Source: a virus
Lineage: Duplodnaviria; Caudoviricetes
DNA: 51,200 bases
Virus record (IMG/VR): IMGVR_UViG_3300032278_004255
Location: 1 to 51,200 of that record
Reading direction: 5' to 3' (one strand)
Shown here: in pieces, positions 17,078 through 26,336 of the stretch
Layout: each line of letters opens with the position of its first letter
Numbering within the stretch: the first letter of the stretch is position 1
The notes under the pieces: model-generated
Databases searched by the model: none
What the model was told of the DNA's origin: nothing
Seen by the model: only the letters and a program-made list of their open reading frames with translations
Position numbers and translations under genes: made by a program

Positions 17078-17431
17078 ATGCAGACGCTTGTCTTCGACCC
17101 GAAACCGGGGAGCCCCAAGGCGGTCGCTGCGGGCTGCACCCGCCCTCGCGCGGACAACGCGCACGGCGCGGGCGTCGGCTCGCCGCCCCGCTTCTTCATG
17201 TCCGGCGCGTGCCCGGTTCACGCCGTTCGGGAGCGGGAGCCCGACGACTGGGCCACGCGGACCGCCGTGGCCTACGTGAGCGACCTGCGCCCGACGCCTT
17301 CGGACGTCGACGGCGCGATCGCTCGGCTCGCCACCGTGCTGCGCGAGGTCGCCTGCGACTGCCCGATGGCGTCGCCGATGGTGCGGCCCGAGCTCGTCGA
17401 ACCGAGCGAGGGATCCGCCGCCGACCGATGA
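17078..17431 (+). CDS. Conserved-type phage hypothetical protein
   Basis: PKPGSPKAVAAGCT...DNAHGAG...CPVH motif; GGGAGG RBS. Confidence 0.65.
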   Translation: MQTLVFDPKPGSPKAVAAGCTRPRADNAHGAGVGSPPRFFMSGACPVHAVREREPDDWATRTAVAYVSDLRPTPSDVDGAIARLATVLREVACDCPMASPMVRPELVEPSEGSAADR

Positions 17432-17464
17432 ACGCCCGGCACGGAGCCGGGCCGAGGAGGGATC

Positions 17465-17860
17465 ATGGACGAGGACTTCGAGGAGGAGGGCGCGCGCAGC
17501 TTCACGCGTGCGCTGGAGATGATCGCGGACGGTGACCTGGTCATCGACGCCAGCGCGGAGCTCTACGAGCTGAACCAGGCGCTTCGCCGGGAGGCGCGCA
17601 TCAGGCGCACGGCGGTGAAGGGGACCTTCACGCTGAAGCTCCAGCTGATGGTCGAGCCCAACGGGCCGGTGGAGATCCGCCCGTCGATCACGACCAAGCG
17701 CGCCGATCGCAAGGCAGCGCGCGGGCTCCTGTGGCTGACGCCGAGCGGCAACCTGACCGCGGAGAACCCGCGTCAACAGAACCTGCCACTGCGCGAGGTG
17801 GCGATGGTCGACGACGAGCCGCGTGACGTGGGCTCCGACCGCAACGTGAGGGAGGTCTGA
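17465..17860 (+). CDS. Hypothetical partner of DUF2303 protein
   Basis: KGTFTLKLQL...LWLTPSGNLTAENPRQQNLPL, the usual upstream neighbour of YfdQ-like genes. Confidence 0.75.
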   Translation: MDEDFEEEGARSFTRALEMIADGDLVIDASAELYELNQALRREARIRRTAVKGTFTLKLQLMVEPNGPVEIRPSITTKRADRKAARGLLWLTPSGNLTAENPRQQNLPLREVAMVDDEPRDVGSDRNVREV

Positions 17861-17861
17861 G

Positions 17862-18764
17862 ATGGACTACGAGAACGAGAGCCGCGGCGACGCCGCCGCC
17901 ATCATCGAAGAGGTTCGCCGGCACGTCGACCCGCGGATCATGCAGACCCAGGACGGCACCAGTTTCTTGGTCTTGCCCGATGGCCTGAGCGCCGAGAGCC
18001 TCAAGCGCTTCGAGGACGAACGTCGTCCGAACCCCGAGCGCCGTCGCGGTACGGCGACTCTGACGACGTTGCAGAGCTTCGCCGACCACGTCTCGCGGTT
18101 CGCCGACGACCACTCGGCCGTCTTCGCCAGCGACGACCGCGAGCGTCCCGAGCTCCTCGCGGTGCTGGACTACCACCAGCAGGGCGCCCTCGGTCAGCCT
18201 CGGTTCGGTGAGCATCGCTCGCTGTACCGCTTCCCGCTGTCCGACGAGTGGCGGGCCTGGAGCGCGCTCGCGGGCAAGAGCCTCGATCAGGCGACGCTCG
18301 CGAACCACCTCGAGGATCACCTGGACGACGTCCTCTCCCCGGAGTCTGTGGGCGAGACGGTCAAGGAGTTCGCGGAGCGGCACGGAATCGCCTTGGCGGG
18401 GCCGCTGCGGCTTCAGGAGCTCGCTCGCGGGCTGAGCGTCCGCGTCGACCGGAAGGTCACCAACCTCCAGAACCCCTCCACCGGCGAGGCACGGATCCAC
18501 TTCGAGGAGACTCACGCGGGCGAGGACGGCGGCGAGTTGAAGGTGCCCGGAGGTTTCGCCCTTGGGATCCCGGTCTTCCGCGGGGGCGACCTCTACCAGG
18601 TCCCCGCGCGGCTTCGCTACCGGGTCTCGAAGGGGCTGATCCTGTGGTCGATCGCGCTGCATCGGACGGACCGCGTCTTCGACCACGCTTTCGAGCAGGC
18701 CTGCCGCCTCGTCGAGGAGGCCACGGGACTGCCGATCTTCCAGGGCAAACCGGAGCACTGCTGA
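17862..18764 (+). CDS. DUF2303 / YfdQ-family protein
   Basis: PERRRGTATLTTLQSF...AVLDYH...GIPVFRGG...ARLRYR. Confidence 0.88.
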   Translation: MDYENESRGDAAAIIEEVRRHVDPRIMQTQDGTSFLVLPDGLSAESLKRFEDERRPNPERRRGTATLTTLQSFADHVSRFADDHSAVFASDDRERPELLAVLDYHQQGALGQPRFGEHRSLYRFPLSDEWRAWSALAGKSLDQATLANHLEDHLDDVLSPESVGETVKEFAERHGIALAGPLRLQELARGLSVRVDRKVTNLQNPSTGEARIHFEETHAGEDGGELKVPGGFALGIPVFRGGDLYQVPARLRYRVSKGLILWSIALHRTDRVFDHAFEQACRLVEEATGLPIFQGKPEHC

Positions 18765-18767
18765 ACG

Positions 18768-18801
18768 ACCGGGCGCAGCGGCGTTGGCCGCTGCGCCCGG
18801 T
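18768..18801 (+). terminator. Perfect 15-bp hairpin (terminator-like, weak U-tail)
   Basis: ACCGGGCGCAGCGGC-GTTG-GCCGCTGCGCCCGGT right after stop codon. Confidence 0.55.
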
Positions 18802-18823
18802 TCCGCTCGAGAGGGAGGACTGG

Positions 18824-19339
18824 ATGATGCTGGCCTGGATCCTTGGAGGCTTCGCCGTGGTCGCGGCGCTGCCGTTCGTGCTGCTCGCCCGCGGCGCGCG
18901 CGTAGGCGATGACGAGCTCCTGCTCGAGCGCCACCCCGAGGCGGCTCCGGAGGTGCGCGCGCCGCGCCGCCCGCCGCCGCTGTGGGCCCCGCCTCCGGTG
19001 CCCCCGCAGGACTCCGAGTCCTGGCCCGGCGCGCTCGGTGCCGTCCTGCACACGGACGGCTACCGCGGCCCTCGAGACGCGGATGAGCGCCGGCCGACGA
19101 CGCACTACGCGCTCGCGTTCTGCGCCACGCGTCCCGCTTCCGACCCCGAGAGCGCCGAGCACGTCGTCACGGCGACGCGGTGCGGGGTTGTGGAGGATGC
19201 GGACTCGTTCGCTCTCGACACGTTCAGCGACCGGATCGACTGCGAGGACTGCCGGGCCGCGCTCGGCCGCAACGACCTCGCCACCATCCGCGTCTGGCAC
19301 CTCCGCGCCGGCCGGGTGATTGGGGGCGGCGATGCGTAG
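18824..19339 (+). CDS. Membrane-anchored hypothetical protein
   Basis: N-terminal TM; H...CG...CEDC; GGGAGG RBS. Confidence 0.6.
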   Translation: MMLAWILGGFAVVAALPFVLLARGARVGDDELLLERHPEAAPEVRAPRRPPPLWAPPPVPPQDSESWPGALGAVLHTDGYRGPRDADERRPTTHYALAFCATRPASDPESAEHVVTATRCGVVEDADSFALDTFSDRIDCEDCRAALGRNDLATIRVWHLRAGRVIGGGDA

Positions 19340-19901
19340 GCTCGCTGGCTCCGCCTTCCGCGGCCTGGTGCTGCTCGGCCTGCTCGCGCTTTACGCGGGG
19401 ATCCTGTCGGGCAGGGTCAGCGCGTCCGGTGCGCCGCGTCCCGTGGACGCCGAGGCATGCGCCCGCGTCTCGGTCGGCGAGGCGGGCTGGGATCCGGCTA
19501 CCGGGGACGCGGCCGCGATCACCAACGTGCTGCGTCGCCGCGCCGAGCGCCGGGGCGTGTCGATCTCGCGGATGGCGCGCCTCTACTCCACCGGGCACTT
19601 CGACGGGGCGCGCAGCCGACGCCGTTGGATCGCGGGCCTCACGCTCGCCGCGTCTCGCCCCTCCGGGTGGCCGGCGCAGCTCGCCTGGCGCGGTGACTAC
19701 CGCGCGCGCTGGCTGGCGATGGTCGAACACGTGCGCTCTGTGCTCCGGGGCGAGGTCCCGGATCCGTGCCCTGGCGCAGACCACTGGGGAGGCCCGATGG
19801 ACGACTGGCGAGCGGAGCGCGCCGGCTGGGCGCGCGTCGAGTGCCGAAGTCCGACGCGCAATCGCTTCTGGCGTTCCGGAAGAGTCCGGGGCGCATCGTA
19901 G
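19332..19901 (+). CDS. SleB/Hydrolase_2-like cell-wall hydrolase with N-terminal signal/anchor
   Basis: ARVSVGEAG (catalytic Glu pattern), AITNVLRRR, DPCPGADHW, NRFW. Confidence 0.55.
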   Translation: MRRLAGSAFRGLVLLGLLALYAGILSGRVSASGAPRPVDAEACARVSVGEAGWDPATGDAAAITNVLRRRAERRGVSISRMARLYSTGHFDGARSRRRWIAGLTLAASRPSGWPAQLAWRGDYRARWLAMVEHVRSVLRGEVPDPCPGADHWGGPMDDWRAERAGWARVECRSPTRNRFWRSGRVRGAS

Positions 19902-19932
19902 CCAATGTATCTGTCAACGGAGAACGCATATC

Positions 19933-20202
19933 ATGAACGAGAGTAAGCAGGTCGAGTCGAGGCAGGCGTCCGGCCCGAGCATCGAGGACGAGCACGGGGC
20001 CGAGTTCCTCGACGTAGACGGACGCCCCGTCTACCTCACCCACGACACCGTCATGAGCGCGCGCCCGAACGACCGGGCGCTGCTCGAGAACGGGGAGTCG
20101 TACGTGACGCTCGTGTGGCTGAAGGGCCATCGGCGTCCGGTCGCGCTCCAGAGCACCTGGGCGGAGTTCCGCTCCTGGCGCTTCAGCCGGAACGCGGCGT
20201 GA
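19933..20202 (+). CDS. Hypothetical protein
   Basis: 89 aa, GGAG RBS. Confidence 0.6.
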   Translation: MNESKQVESRQASGPSIEDEHGAEFLDVDGRPVYLTHDTVMSARPNDRALLENGESYVTLVWLKGHRRPVALQSTWAEFRSWRFSRNAA

Positions 20203-20203
20203 G

Positions 20204-20341
20204 ATGAACGACCAGCGTCGACGAAGGCGCCGAGTGCGGCGTCACCACCGAACGCGCAGCCGACGGGCGGCGCTTCGGAGGCAGATGCGAGACGCGCTCG
20301 GCGCCCTCGTCGGCGTGCTCCTCTGGAGCCGCAGCCGATGA
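20204..20341 (+). CDS. Small Arg-rich peptide (45 aa)
   Basis: MNDQRRRRRRVRRHHRTRSRR...LGALVGVLLW; ATGA overlap with next gene. Confidence 0.4.
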   Translation: MNDQRRRRRRVRRHHRTRSRRAALRRQMRDALGALVGVLLWSRSR

Positions 20342-21588
20342 AGATTGCAGGCTACGAGACACACCCCGCCGCGGACCTCTTCCCGATGATGGAGGAGGAG
20401 GAGCTCCGCGAGCTCGCGAGCGACATCAAGCGAACCGGCCAGCGGCACGCCGTCGTCGTCATCGGGTCGAAGATCCTCGACGGCCGGAACCGTGTGCGCG
20501 CCTGCGAGATGGTCGGCGTCGAGCCGCGATTCAGCCAGTACGAGGGCCCGAAGGATGTCGCATCCATCCTCGACTACGTCGTCTCGCTGAACCTGTCGCG
20601 CCGGCATCTCTCGGCGAGCCAGCGCGCCTGGCTCGGCGCGCTGCTCGAGGAGAGGTACGCGGAGGCAGGGATCGAGAAGAAGCGCGAGGGGGGCCGCAGG
20701 GGCGGGCAGGCGGCCAAGCATCGGGCCGATCGGCCAAATGCTTCCGAGTCGGACAGTTCCCACCGTTCTCGCGACCGCGCCGCCGCGGCCGTCGGGTCCA
20801 GCGGCAGGTCAGTACAGAAGGCCAAGGCGGTGCGGGAGAAGGCGGCCGACGAGGTTCAGCGGGCCGTCGCGGCCGGCGACCTGACCGTCGACGCCGCGAG
20901 CGAGCTCGCGAAGATCGACGACCACGACACGCAGCGCGAGATCCTCGAGCGGAGCAACGGGAAGCCCGGGAACATCCGCGCCCACATCCGCCAGCACCAG
21001 CAGCGCGAGATCGCGAAGGAGCTCGAGAAGGCGCCGCCCCCGCCTCCGAGCGGGCCGTACCGGGTGATCGTCGCCGACCCGCCGTGGAAGTACGACCTTC
21101 GCGCCACAGACGCGACGCACCGCGGGAACCTCCCGTACCCGCCGATGACCACGGACGCGATCTGCGCGCTCCCGGTGGGTGACCTCGCCGAGGAGGGGTC
21201 GGTGCTCTGGATGTGGGTGACGAACGGTCACCTCCTGGGCTCGGGCGGCGTCAGCGACGGGCTCCGCGTGGTGCACGCCTGGGGCTTCGAGCCGAAGGCG
21301 CTGCTGACGTGGGCGAAGCCGAAGCTCGGCCTCGGGCACTACCTGCGCAACGTGACGGAGCACTGCATCCTCGCGGTGCGCGGCAAGCCGACCATCGTCC
21401 TCGACAACGAGACGACGCTGCTCGAGGCGCCGGTGCGGGAGCACTCGCGGAAGCCCGACGAATTCTACTCGCTCGTCGAGAAGCTCACCCCCGGCTCCAA
21501 GATCGAGCTGTTCGCGCGCGAGCCGCGGGAGGGCTGGGCGGCCTGGGGCGCCGAGGTCGACAAGTTCGCGGGGATGACGTCGCGATGA
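20338..21588 (+). CDS. ParB-like N-domain fused to MT-A70 family N6-adenine methyltransferase
   Basis: HPAADLFP...ILDGRNR...NLSRRHLSASQRA; IVADPPW, EHCILAVRG, HSRKPD, IELFAR. Confidence 0.92.
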   Translation: MKIAGYETHPAADLFPMMEEEELRELASDIKRTGQRHAVVVIGSKILDGRNRVRACEMVGVEPRFSQYEGPKDVASILDYVVSLNLSRRHLSASQRAWLGALLEERYAEAGIEKKREGGRRGGQAAKHRADRPNASESDSSHRSRDRAAAAVGSSGRSVQKAKAVREKAADEVQRAVAAGDLTVDAASELAKIDDHDTQREILERSNGKPGNIRAHIRQHQQREIAKELEKAPPPPPSGPYRVIVADPPWKYDLRATDATHRGNLPYPPMTTDAICALPVGDLAEEGSVLWMWVTNGHLLGSGGVSDGLRVVHAWGFEPKALLTWAKPKLGLGHYLRNVTEHCILAVRGKPTIVLDNETTLLEAPVREHSRKPDEFYSLVEKLTPGSKIELFAREPREGWAAWGAEVDKFAGMTSR

Positions 21589-21779
21589 GCGATCGCGAGG
21601 TCGAGATCAGGCGCGAGCTCGAGCGCGTGCGCTCGCAGATCGACGAGGCGTACTGGCTGTTCACGCGCACCGCGCGCGGCCTCCCGCCGTCGATGGCTCG
21701 CCCAGACCTCTACGCGCGTCGCCGCGCGCTACGGCGGGAGCTCGTTCAGCTGCGGGAGGTCCGCCGGTGCGGGTGCTGA
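21585..21779 (+). CDS. Small hypothetical protein
   Basis: ATGA-coupled, 64 aa. Confidence 0.5.
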   Translation: MSDREVEIRRELERVRSQIDEAYWLFTRTARGLPPSMARPDLYARRRALRRELVQLREVRRCGC

Positions 21780-22756
21780 TCCCAGGGTGGCTCGCCTCGA
21801 TGCGTGGCCCGGGCCTCGGCCCGAAAGTCGTGTTCGGAACGACGTCTGGAGACACCGGCTTCCTCAGCTGCGCTGCGCTCGCGCGTGACCTGGGGACGTC
21901 GGAGCGGAGCGTCCGGCGCTGGGCCGAGGAGCTGGCCGACCGCGGGCTCTGGGAGCTGAACCAGGCCGGGCGGCAGGGGTTCGAGTTTGTACTACTCGTG
22001 GACAGGAAATCCGGACAGCCTGTCCGGACGAGCGAGACCGGTCGTCCGGACAATCTGTCCGGACGAGGCCTCCCCGATACCCGGACAGACTGTCCGGATG
22101 AGTCGACCGGACAATCTGTCCGGACAACCGCCACCGAAATCCGGACAGCCTGTCCGGACGAGCGACCCGCGGAAACGCCTCGACCGGACAGCCTGTCCGG
22201 ATATCCGCCCGGCGGCGGCGGGGGCGGCGCCGCGCCCACCTCTTCCCTAGATCAGGATCCTTCGGATCCTCCCCCCCCTATAGTCCCCCCCCTCCCCGCC
22301 GAGGCCGCTGCGGAGCGGAGCCGTGGTGGTGGTGGCGAGGTCGACTTCGATGCCGCAGCAGCCGAGCGAGACCGGCTCGCGCTGGCGTCGAAGTCGGCGA
22401 TGAAGCGGGTCATCGAGGCTCGGGGCGGCGAGTACCAGCGGGACGACCGCGAGCAGCACCTCGAGGTCGGCACCACCGCGGCGGCCTACGCGGAGAAGCA
22501 CGGGCTCGAGCTGCGCGAGGTCCTCGACGTCTGGGCGAAGCGCTGGATCGAGACCGTCAAGGTCCGTAGCGCGAGGTCATGGGCGACGTTCGTCGCCGCT
22601 GAGGTGAGCGGGGCGCCGTGGCGGAAGCAGCGTGGTCGGGAGGATGGCTACCAGCGCGCCCCTGCCCCGGCGCACTGGCAGACGGGAGACAGGGATTTCG
22701 GAGACGGGGACATCCCGGCTTCCGAGGAGGACCAACGGGTGATCAAGTATGGATGA
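21767..22756 (+). CDS. Replication initiator (lambda O-like architecture)
   Basis: N-terminal HTH LARDLGTSERSVRRWAEELADRG, internal iterons, followed by loader ATPase. Confidence 0.75.
   Translation: MRVLIPGWLASMRGPGLGPKVVFGTTSGDTGFLSCAALARDLGTSERSVRRWAEELADRGLWELNQAGRQGFEFVLLVDRKSGQPVRTSETGRPDNLSGRGLPDTRTDCPDESTGQSVRTTATEIRTACPDERPAETPRPDSLSGYPPGGGGGGAAPTSSLDQDPSDPPPPIVPPLPAEAAAERSRGGGGEVDFDAAAAERDRLALASKSAMKRVIEARGGEYQRDDREQHLEVGTTAAAYAEKHGLELREVLDVWAKRWIETVKVRSARSWATFVAAEVSGAPWRKQRGREDGYQRAPAPAHWQTGDRDFGDGDIPASEEDQRVIKYG
22011..22200. repeat. Six palindromic 17-bp iterons CCGGACA-N3-TGTCCGG, probable replication origin
   Basis: Copies start at 22011, 22046, 22081, 22107, 22141, 22184. 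Confidence 0.85.
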
Positions 22757-23411
22757 GCCGCAGGACATCAGCGATGCGCTCCAGCGCGTCCTCGCTCGAG
22801 GTCGAGAGACGCTCGCCAGCGAGGAGGAGATCAGAGCGTGGGAGCTTCACCAGGACCGAAGGGACCGGCGCGACCGGCTCGCCGCCTCGGGCGTCGATGA
22901 GCGCCTCGATGCTGCCGGCGCGGCGGCTCTACTCGACGACCGCATGTGGGACACACGCGCCCTCCGGCTGGTTCGTGCCTGGATCGCCTCACCCCGTCCG
23001 GCACTCATGCTCCTCGGAGACCCGGGGCAGGGAAAGACCGTCGCTGCGGCCTGGGCCCTGTCGCGCTGTGCCGGTCGCTACATTCGAGCCAACGAGCTGT
23101 GCGAGCTCAGAGCTTCTCGGTGGCGAGGCCGCGACCGCTACCAGAAGCACCTGACGACCGAGCTGCTCGTCATCGACGAGCTCGGCACCGAGGCCGACAT
23201 CTCGCTTGCTGCTCCCACTCTGCAGGATGTCATCGACGCGCGGCAGCGTCTCCCGCGGCGAACCCTGCTCCTGGGCAACGACCTCGACCTGGTGGCTCGC
23301 TACGACGCGCGCACTCTCGACCGCCTCGGCATCGAGGGGGACGACCACGGGATCGCCATCCTTCGCACCCTCCGCGGCCCATCGCTTCGTGTGGGGGCCC
23401 GTGCCCGCTGA
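22749..23411 (+). CDS. DnaC/IstB-like AAA+ ATPase (helicase loader)
   Basis: Walker A GDPGQGKT, Walker B LLVIDELG, RYDARTLDRL. Confidence 0.85.
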   Translation: MDEPQDISDALQRVLARGRETLASEEEIRAWELHQDRRDRRDRLAASGVDERLDAAGAAALLDDRMWDTRALRLVRAWIASPRPALMLLGDPGQGKTVAAAWALSRCAGRYIRANELCELRASRWRGRDRYQKHLTTELLVIDELGTEADISLAAPTLQDVIDARQRLPRRTLLLGNDLDLVARYDARTLDRLGIEGDDHGIAILRTLRGPSLRVGARAR

Positions 23412-23775
23412 CTTCCCCTACGAGCGCCACGTGGACGCTGCCGAGCAGGAGCGCTACCGCCGGGCCGGCAGGTCGGCCGGCCAGCCCGAGCGACTCCGGC
23501 AGCTCCTCGCTCGCGGCAGTGAGCTCGCGTCCGACGCCCACGCGCCGCCCGGTCGGCCGGTGCAGAGCGGGTCCGCGTGGCTCGACCGGCGGCACCTCTC
23601 CGAGGACCACGAGCGGCTCTCGCCCTGGGTCCCGGCGAACGAGCGCGAGCTGAAGTCGGGCGCGCACCTTGGCGAGGTGACCGGGGGTTGGGTGTGCCTC
23701 GCGCGCAACCTCGAGACCGGCCCCCGCGAGCTCGTGCTCGCGCTCGAGTACGCCGGCCGCGCGGAGGTCGCGTGA
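23401..23775 (+). CDS. Hypothetical protein
   Basis: GTG start overlapping previous gene. Confidence 0.5.
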   Translation: MPADFPYERHVDAAEQERYRRAGRSAGQPERLRQLLARGSELASDAHAPPGRPVQSGSAWLDRRHLSEDHERLSPWVPANERELKSGAHLGEVTGGWVCLARNLETGPRELVLALEYAGRAEVA

Positions 23776-24020
23776 ACACCGACTCGGTCACTCGGACCCT
23801 GGTGTCCCGACTCCGTGCGCTCGAGTACCTGGCGTCCGTCGAGACCAGCCGAGGCGTCGAGGTGGTCGCCGTGCGTCACCCGCAGACGCGCGTCCACGGT
23901 GAGCCCTGGCTGGTCGCCCTCATCTCCACCGCGGACTGGTCGGTCGACTACGCCGTGCCGGTCTACCGGTCTGCCATCGAGGGGGCCGTCGCCGGTGTGC
24001 TGGACGGGGGACGCCGGTGA
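23772..24020 (+). CDS. Hypothetical protein
   Basis: GTGA coupling, GGAGG RBS. Confidence 0.55.
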   Translation: MNTDSVTRTLVSRLRALEYLASVETSRGVEVVAVRHPQTRVHGEPWLVALISTADWSVDYAVPVYRSAIEGAVAGVLDGGRR

Positions 24021-24253
24021 GGCCTGCACCGCCGATCATCGTGAGTCTTGAGCAGGGGCTCGTCGTGGTCCGCATCGGAGTCCTCAGCCTCCACATGTGC
24101 CCGAAGAAGGCGATGGAGGTCGCGAGCTCCATCGCGCACATCAGCTCGGCGGCGCTGGCGGAGGCCGAGGAGCACGCCAGGCTCGCCAAGGAGATCGCAG
24201 CGACGGCCCTCCACGATGCGGTACGGGCGCGCGGCGACGCGGAGGACGAGTAG
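24017..24253 (+). CDS. Hypothetical protein
   Basis: GTGA coupling. Confidence 0.5.
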   Translation: MRPAPPIIVSLEQGLVVVRIGVLSLHMCPKKAMEVASSIAHISSAALAEAEEHARLAKEIAATALHDAVRARGDAEDE

Positions 24254-24901
24254 GTGATCTTCCTGACGGCGGTCGAGGAGCTCCAGGCGTGCCTCTCGGG
24301 GGAGCTCGAGGGGTGGATGGGCGCGCGCTCGTGGCTGGGCGCCTACGTCGACTATGGAGCGGGCGGCGCCCCATCGGGTGGGGACGACAACACCGAGCCG
24401 ACCGCGGCCGCCCTACATGCGGCGCGCGTCATGGACCTCGTCGAGCGCACCCTGCGCGCGCTCCCTCGGTCGCAGGCGGAGATCCTCGTGGAGCGCTACC
24501 GGCCCCGCGGGCCCTACGCGCCCCTGGGGCTTCGCCAGCACTTCGGCGAGCTCGCGCCTGTTGTGGTCCTGCTCGCCTCGCACGCCGAACTCGCCGCGGC
24601 GCTCCTCGAGCACGTCGAGGATGAGGACCTGAGGCGCTGGATGCGCCCCAAGCGAGGTCAGACGTCGAGGGAGGGGCTCGACGCCCTCGGGGGCGCCGAG
24701 CTGCTGCGATTCGTCGTGCGTGGAGCCACGTCCTCGCGTGACCTGCGGCGCCTCGTGAAGTCCGTCCACGGTCACGCAGGGGCCGCTCTCCAAGATGCGC
24801 TCGTGGCCTACCGTGAAGAGCACGAACGCCAGCGCCGAGAGGGTAGGGAGCGGACGCCCTCACGTGCGGCACGTCTCCGAGCGGCCCTGGGGGTCGGGTG
24901 A
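24254..24901 (+). CDS. Hypothetical protein, possible late-gene regulator
   Basis: VERTLRALPRSQAEILVERY; position before late operon. Confidence 0.5.
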   Translation: MIFLTAVEELQACLSGELEGWMGARSWLGAYVDYGAGGAPSGGDDNTEPTAAALHAARVMDLVERTLRALPRSQAEILVERYRPRGPYAPLGLRQHFGELAPVVVLLASHAELAAALLEHVEDEDLRRWMRPKRGQTSREGLDALGGAELLRFVVRGATSSRDLRRLVKSVHGHAGAALQDALVAYREEHERQRREGRERTPSRAARLRAALGVG

Positions 24902-25254
24902 AGGCCTCAGCGGAAAGGGTAGCGGTCGCGGAGGCCGTGGAGATGCTCGGGGCGCCCGACGCGCGCTGGCTGCGCAGGGTCTTGCGGCGGCGGGCGCGGA
25001 CGTGTGGCGCGGAACTCCTGATCAACGAGACTCCCGCGGCCGCTCGGCCGACGTACGTGGTCGACATGGATGCCGTGAGCCAGCACTGCCCCGACCTGAT
25101 CAGCGTCGAGTTCCGCGTCGCTCGCGCGTTGCGGTCGGAGGCGCTCTCGAACCGCACGCAGCTGCGCGCCATCGAGGGCCGTCTCGAGGCGATGCAGGAG
25201 CAGCTCAACATCCTGACCGAGTGCGTCCGGCAGATGCGCCATAGCCCCCGGTGA
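24898..25254 (+). CDS. HTH plus coiled-coil protein
   Basis: VAVAEAVEMLG...WLRRVL; C-terminal heptads. Confidence 0.55.
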   Translation: MKASAERVAVAEAVEMLGAPDARWLRRVLRRRARTCGAELLINETPAAARPTYVVDMDAVSQHCPDLISVEFRVARALRSEALSNRTQLRAIEGRLEAMQEQLNILTECVRQMRHSPR

Positions 25255-25379
25255 ACGACCACCAGCGATTTCTGGCGATCTTTCTACGGCCCGGAAATCA
25301 CGGGGCTTTCGCCTCTATCCGTAGCGGGTGAAGGGCCAAAATGGTCCTTCTGTGGCCCATCGCTGCACCATAAGGGTAG

Positions 25380-26102
25380 ATGCGCTTCACCGTGGACACG
25401 AGCGAGCTCGCTCACCTCGAAGCTGCGCTGGGGCAGCTCTCTCGGAGGGCAATCCCCTACGCGGCGCGAAACACGCTCAACGCGGCCGCCTTCGAGGGGC
25501 GCCGAGCGTGGGTCGCCCAGGTCGAGAAGTCGTTCACGCTGCGGAACAAGTGGACGGCTCGGTCTCTTCGAGTGGTGAAGGCTCGCGGGACCACCATGCG
25601 GGCGATGAGGGCTACGCTCGGCAGCGTGGCCCCCTACATGGCCACCCAGGAGAAGGGCGGCGTGCTGCGCCGCACCGGAAAGCACGGCGTCTCGATCCCG
25701 ACATCCGTGGCGTCTGGAGAGGGCCGCGGCGCCCGCCCGCGCCGCCGGCTGGTTCGGAGGCCGAATCGTCTGCCGAACATTCAGCTCGGCGCCCGAGGGC
25801 TGAGCACGATGTCGAAGCGACAGCGCAACGCGGTCGCAATCTCGCTCGCTCAGCGTGCGGGGAGGAAGTTCGTCTTCCTCGAGTTGGAGAAGCGGAGGGG
25901 CATCTTCCGGATCTCCGGCGGGAAGCGCCGGCCGCGGTTGGACCTCGTCTGGGATCTCACCCACCCCACCGTGCGCATCCCCGAAAGCAACACGCTCGAG
26001 CGCAGCTTGCGCTCGATTCTCCCCACCCTCCCGCGGCTTCAGGAGAAGGCCCTGATGGACCAGATCGCCTTCGTCATGAAGCTGCGCTCGGGCCGCCGGT
26101 AG
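25380..26102 (+). CDS. Basic virion morphogenesis protein (gpZ/tail-completion-like)
   Basis: AIPYAARNTLNAAAF; very Arg-rich; precedes terminase. Confidence 0.6.
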   Translation: MRFTVDTSELAHLEAALGQLSRRAIPYAARNTLNAAAFEGRRAWVAQVEKSFTLRNKWTARSLRVVKARGTTMRAMRATLGSVAPYMATQEKGGVLRRTGKHGVSIPTSVASGEGRGARPRRRLVRRPNRLPNIQLGARGLSTMSKRQRNAVAISLAQRAGRKFVFLELEKRRGIFRISGGKRRPRLDLVWDLTHPTVRIPESNTLERSLRSILPTLPRLQEKALMDQIAFVMKLRSGRR

Positions 26103-26218
26103 GTCTGCATCCCTCGCACGCGTCTCGTCGCGCCGGCCTGACTGGCCGCACTCGCGGTCTTTCGCCGCCTCCCACCCACCCCCCTGCCCAGCGCGCTACA
26201 GTCGGAGCGGATGTCAAC

Positions 26219-26265
26219 GGGTCCTGTGGGATACCCCTCCCCCACCGCGGTTTATTTTCACCACC
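26219..26265 (+). other. Candidate cos site (lambda cosQ heptamer GGGTCCT)
   Basis: ACGGGTCCT then CCGCGGTTTATTTT in the intergenic region just upstream of small terminase, paralleling lambda cos. Confidence 0.55.
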
Positions 26266-26336
26266 GCCGCCCTCGCACAAACTCTGATCGTTGAACCGAA
26301 TTGAACCTTCGGCCGGGCGGGGGTTGAACCGCCGCC

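Noticed and set aside
19897-19932. AT-rich spacer with minus-strand TTGACA and partial operator similarity
   Set aside because: Poor match to operator consensus and no convincing -10
22011-22200. Repeat array as mini-CRISPR
   Set aside because: 17-bp units with 9-26 bp irregular spacers inside a coding gene; no cas genes; fits iterons
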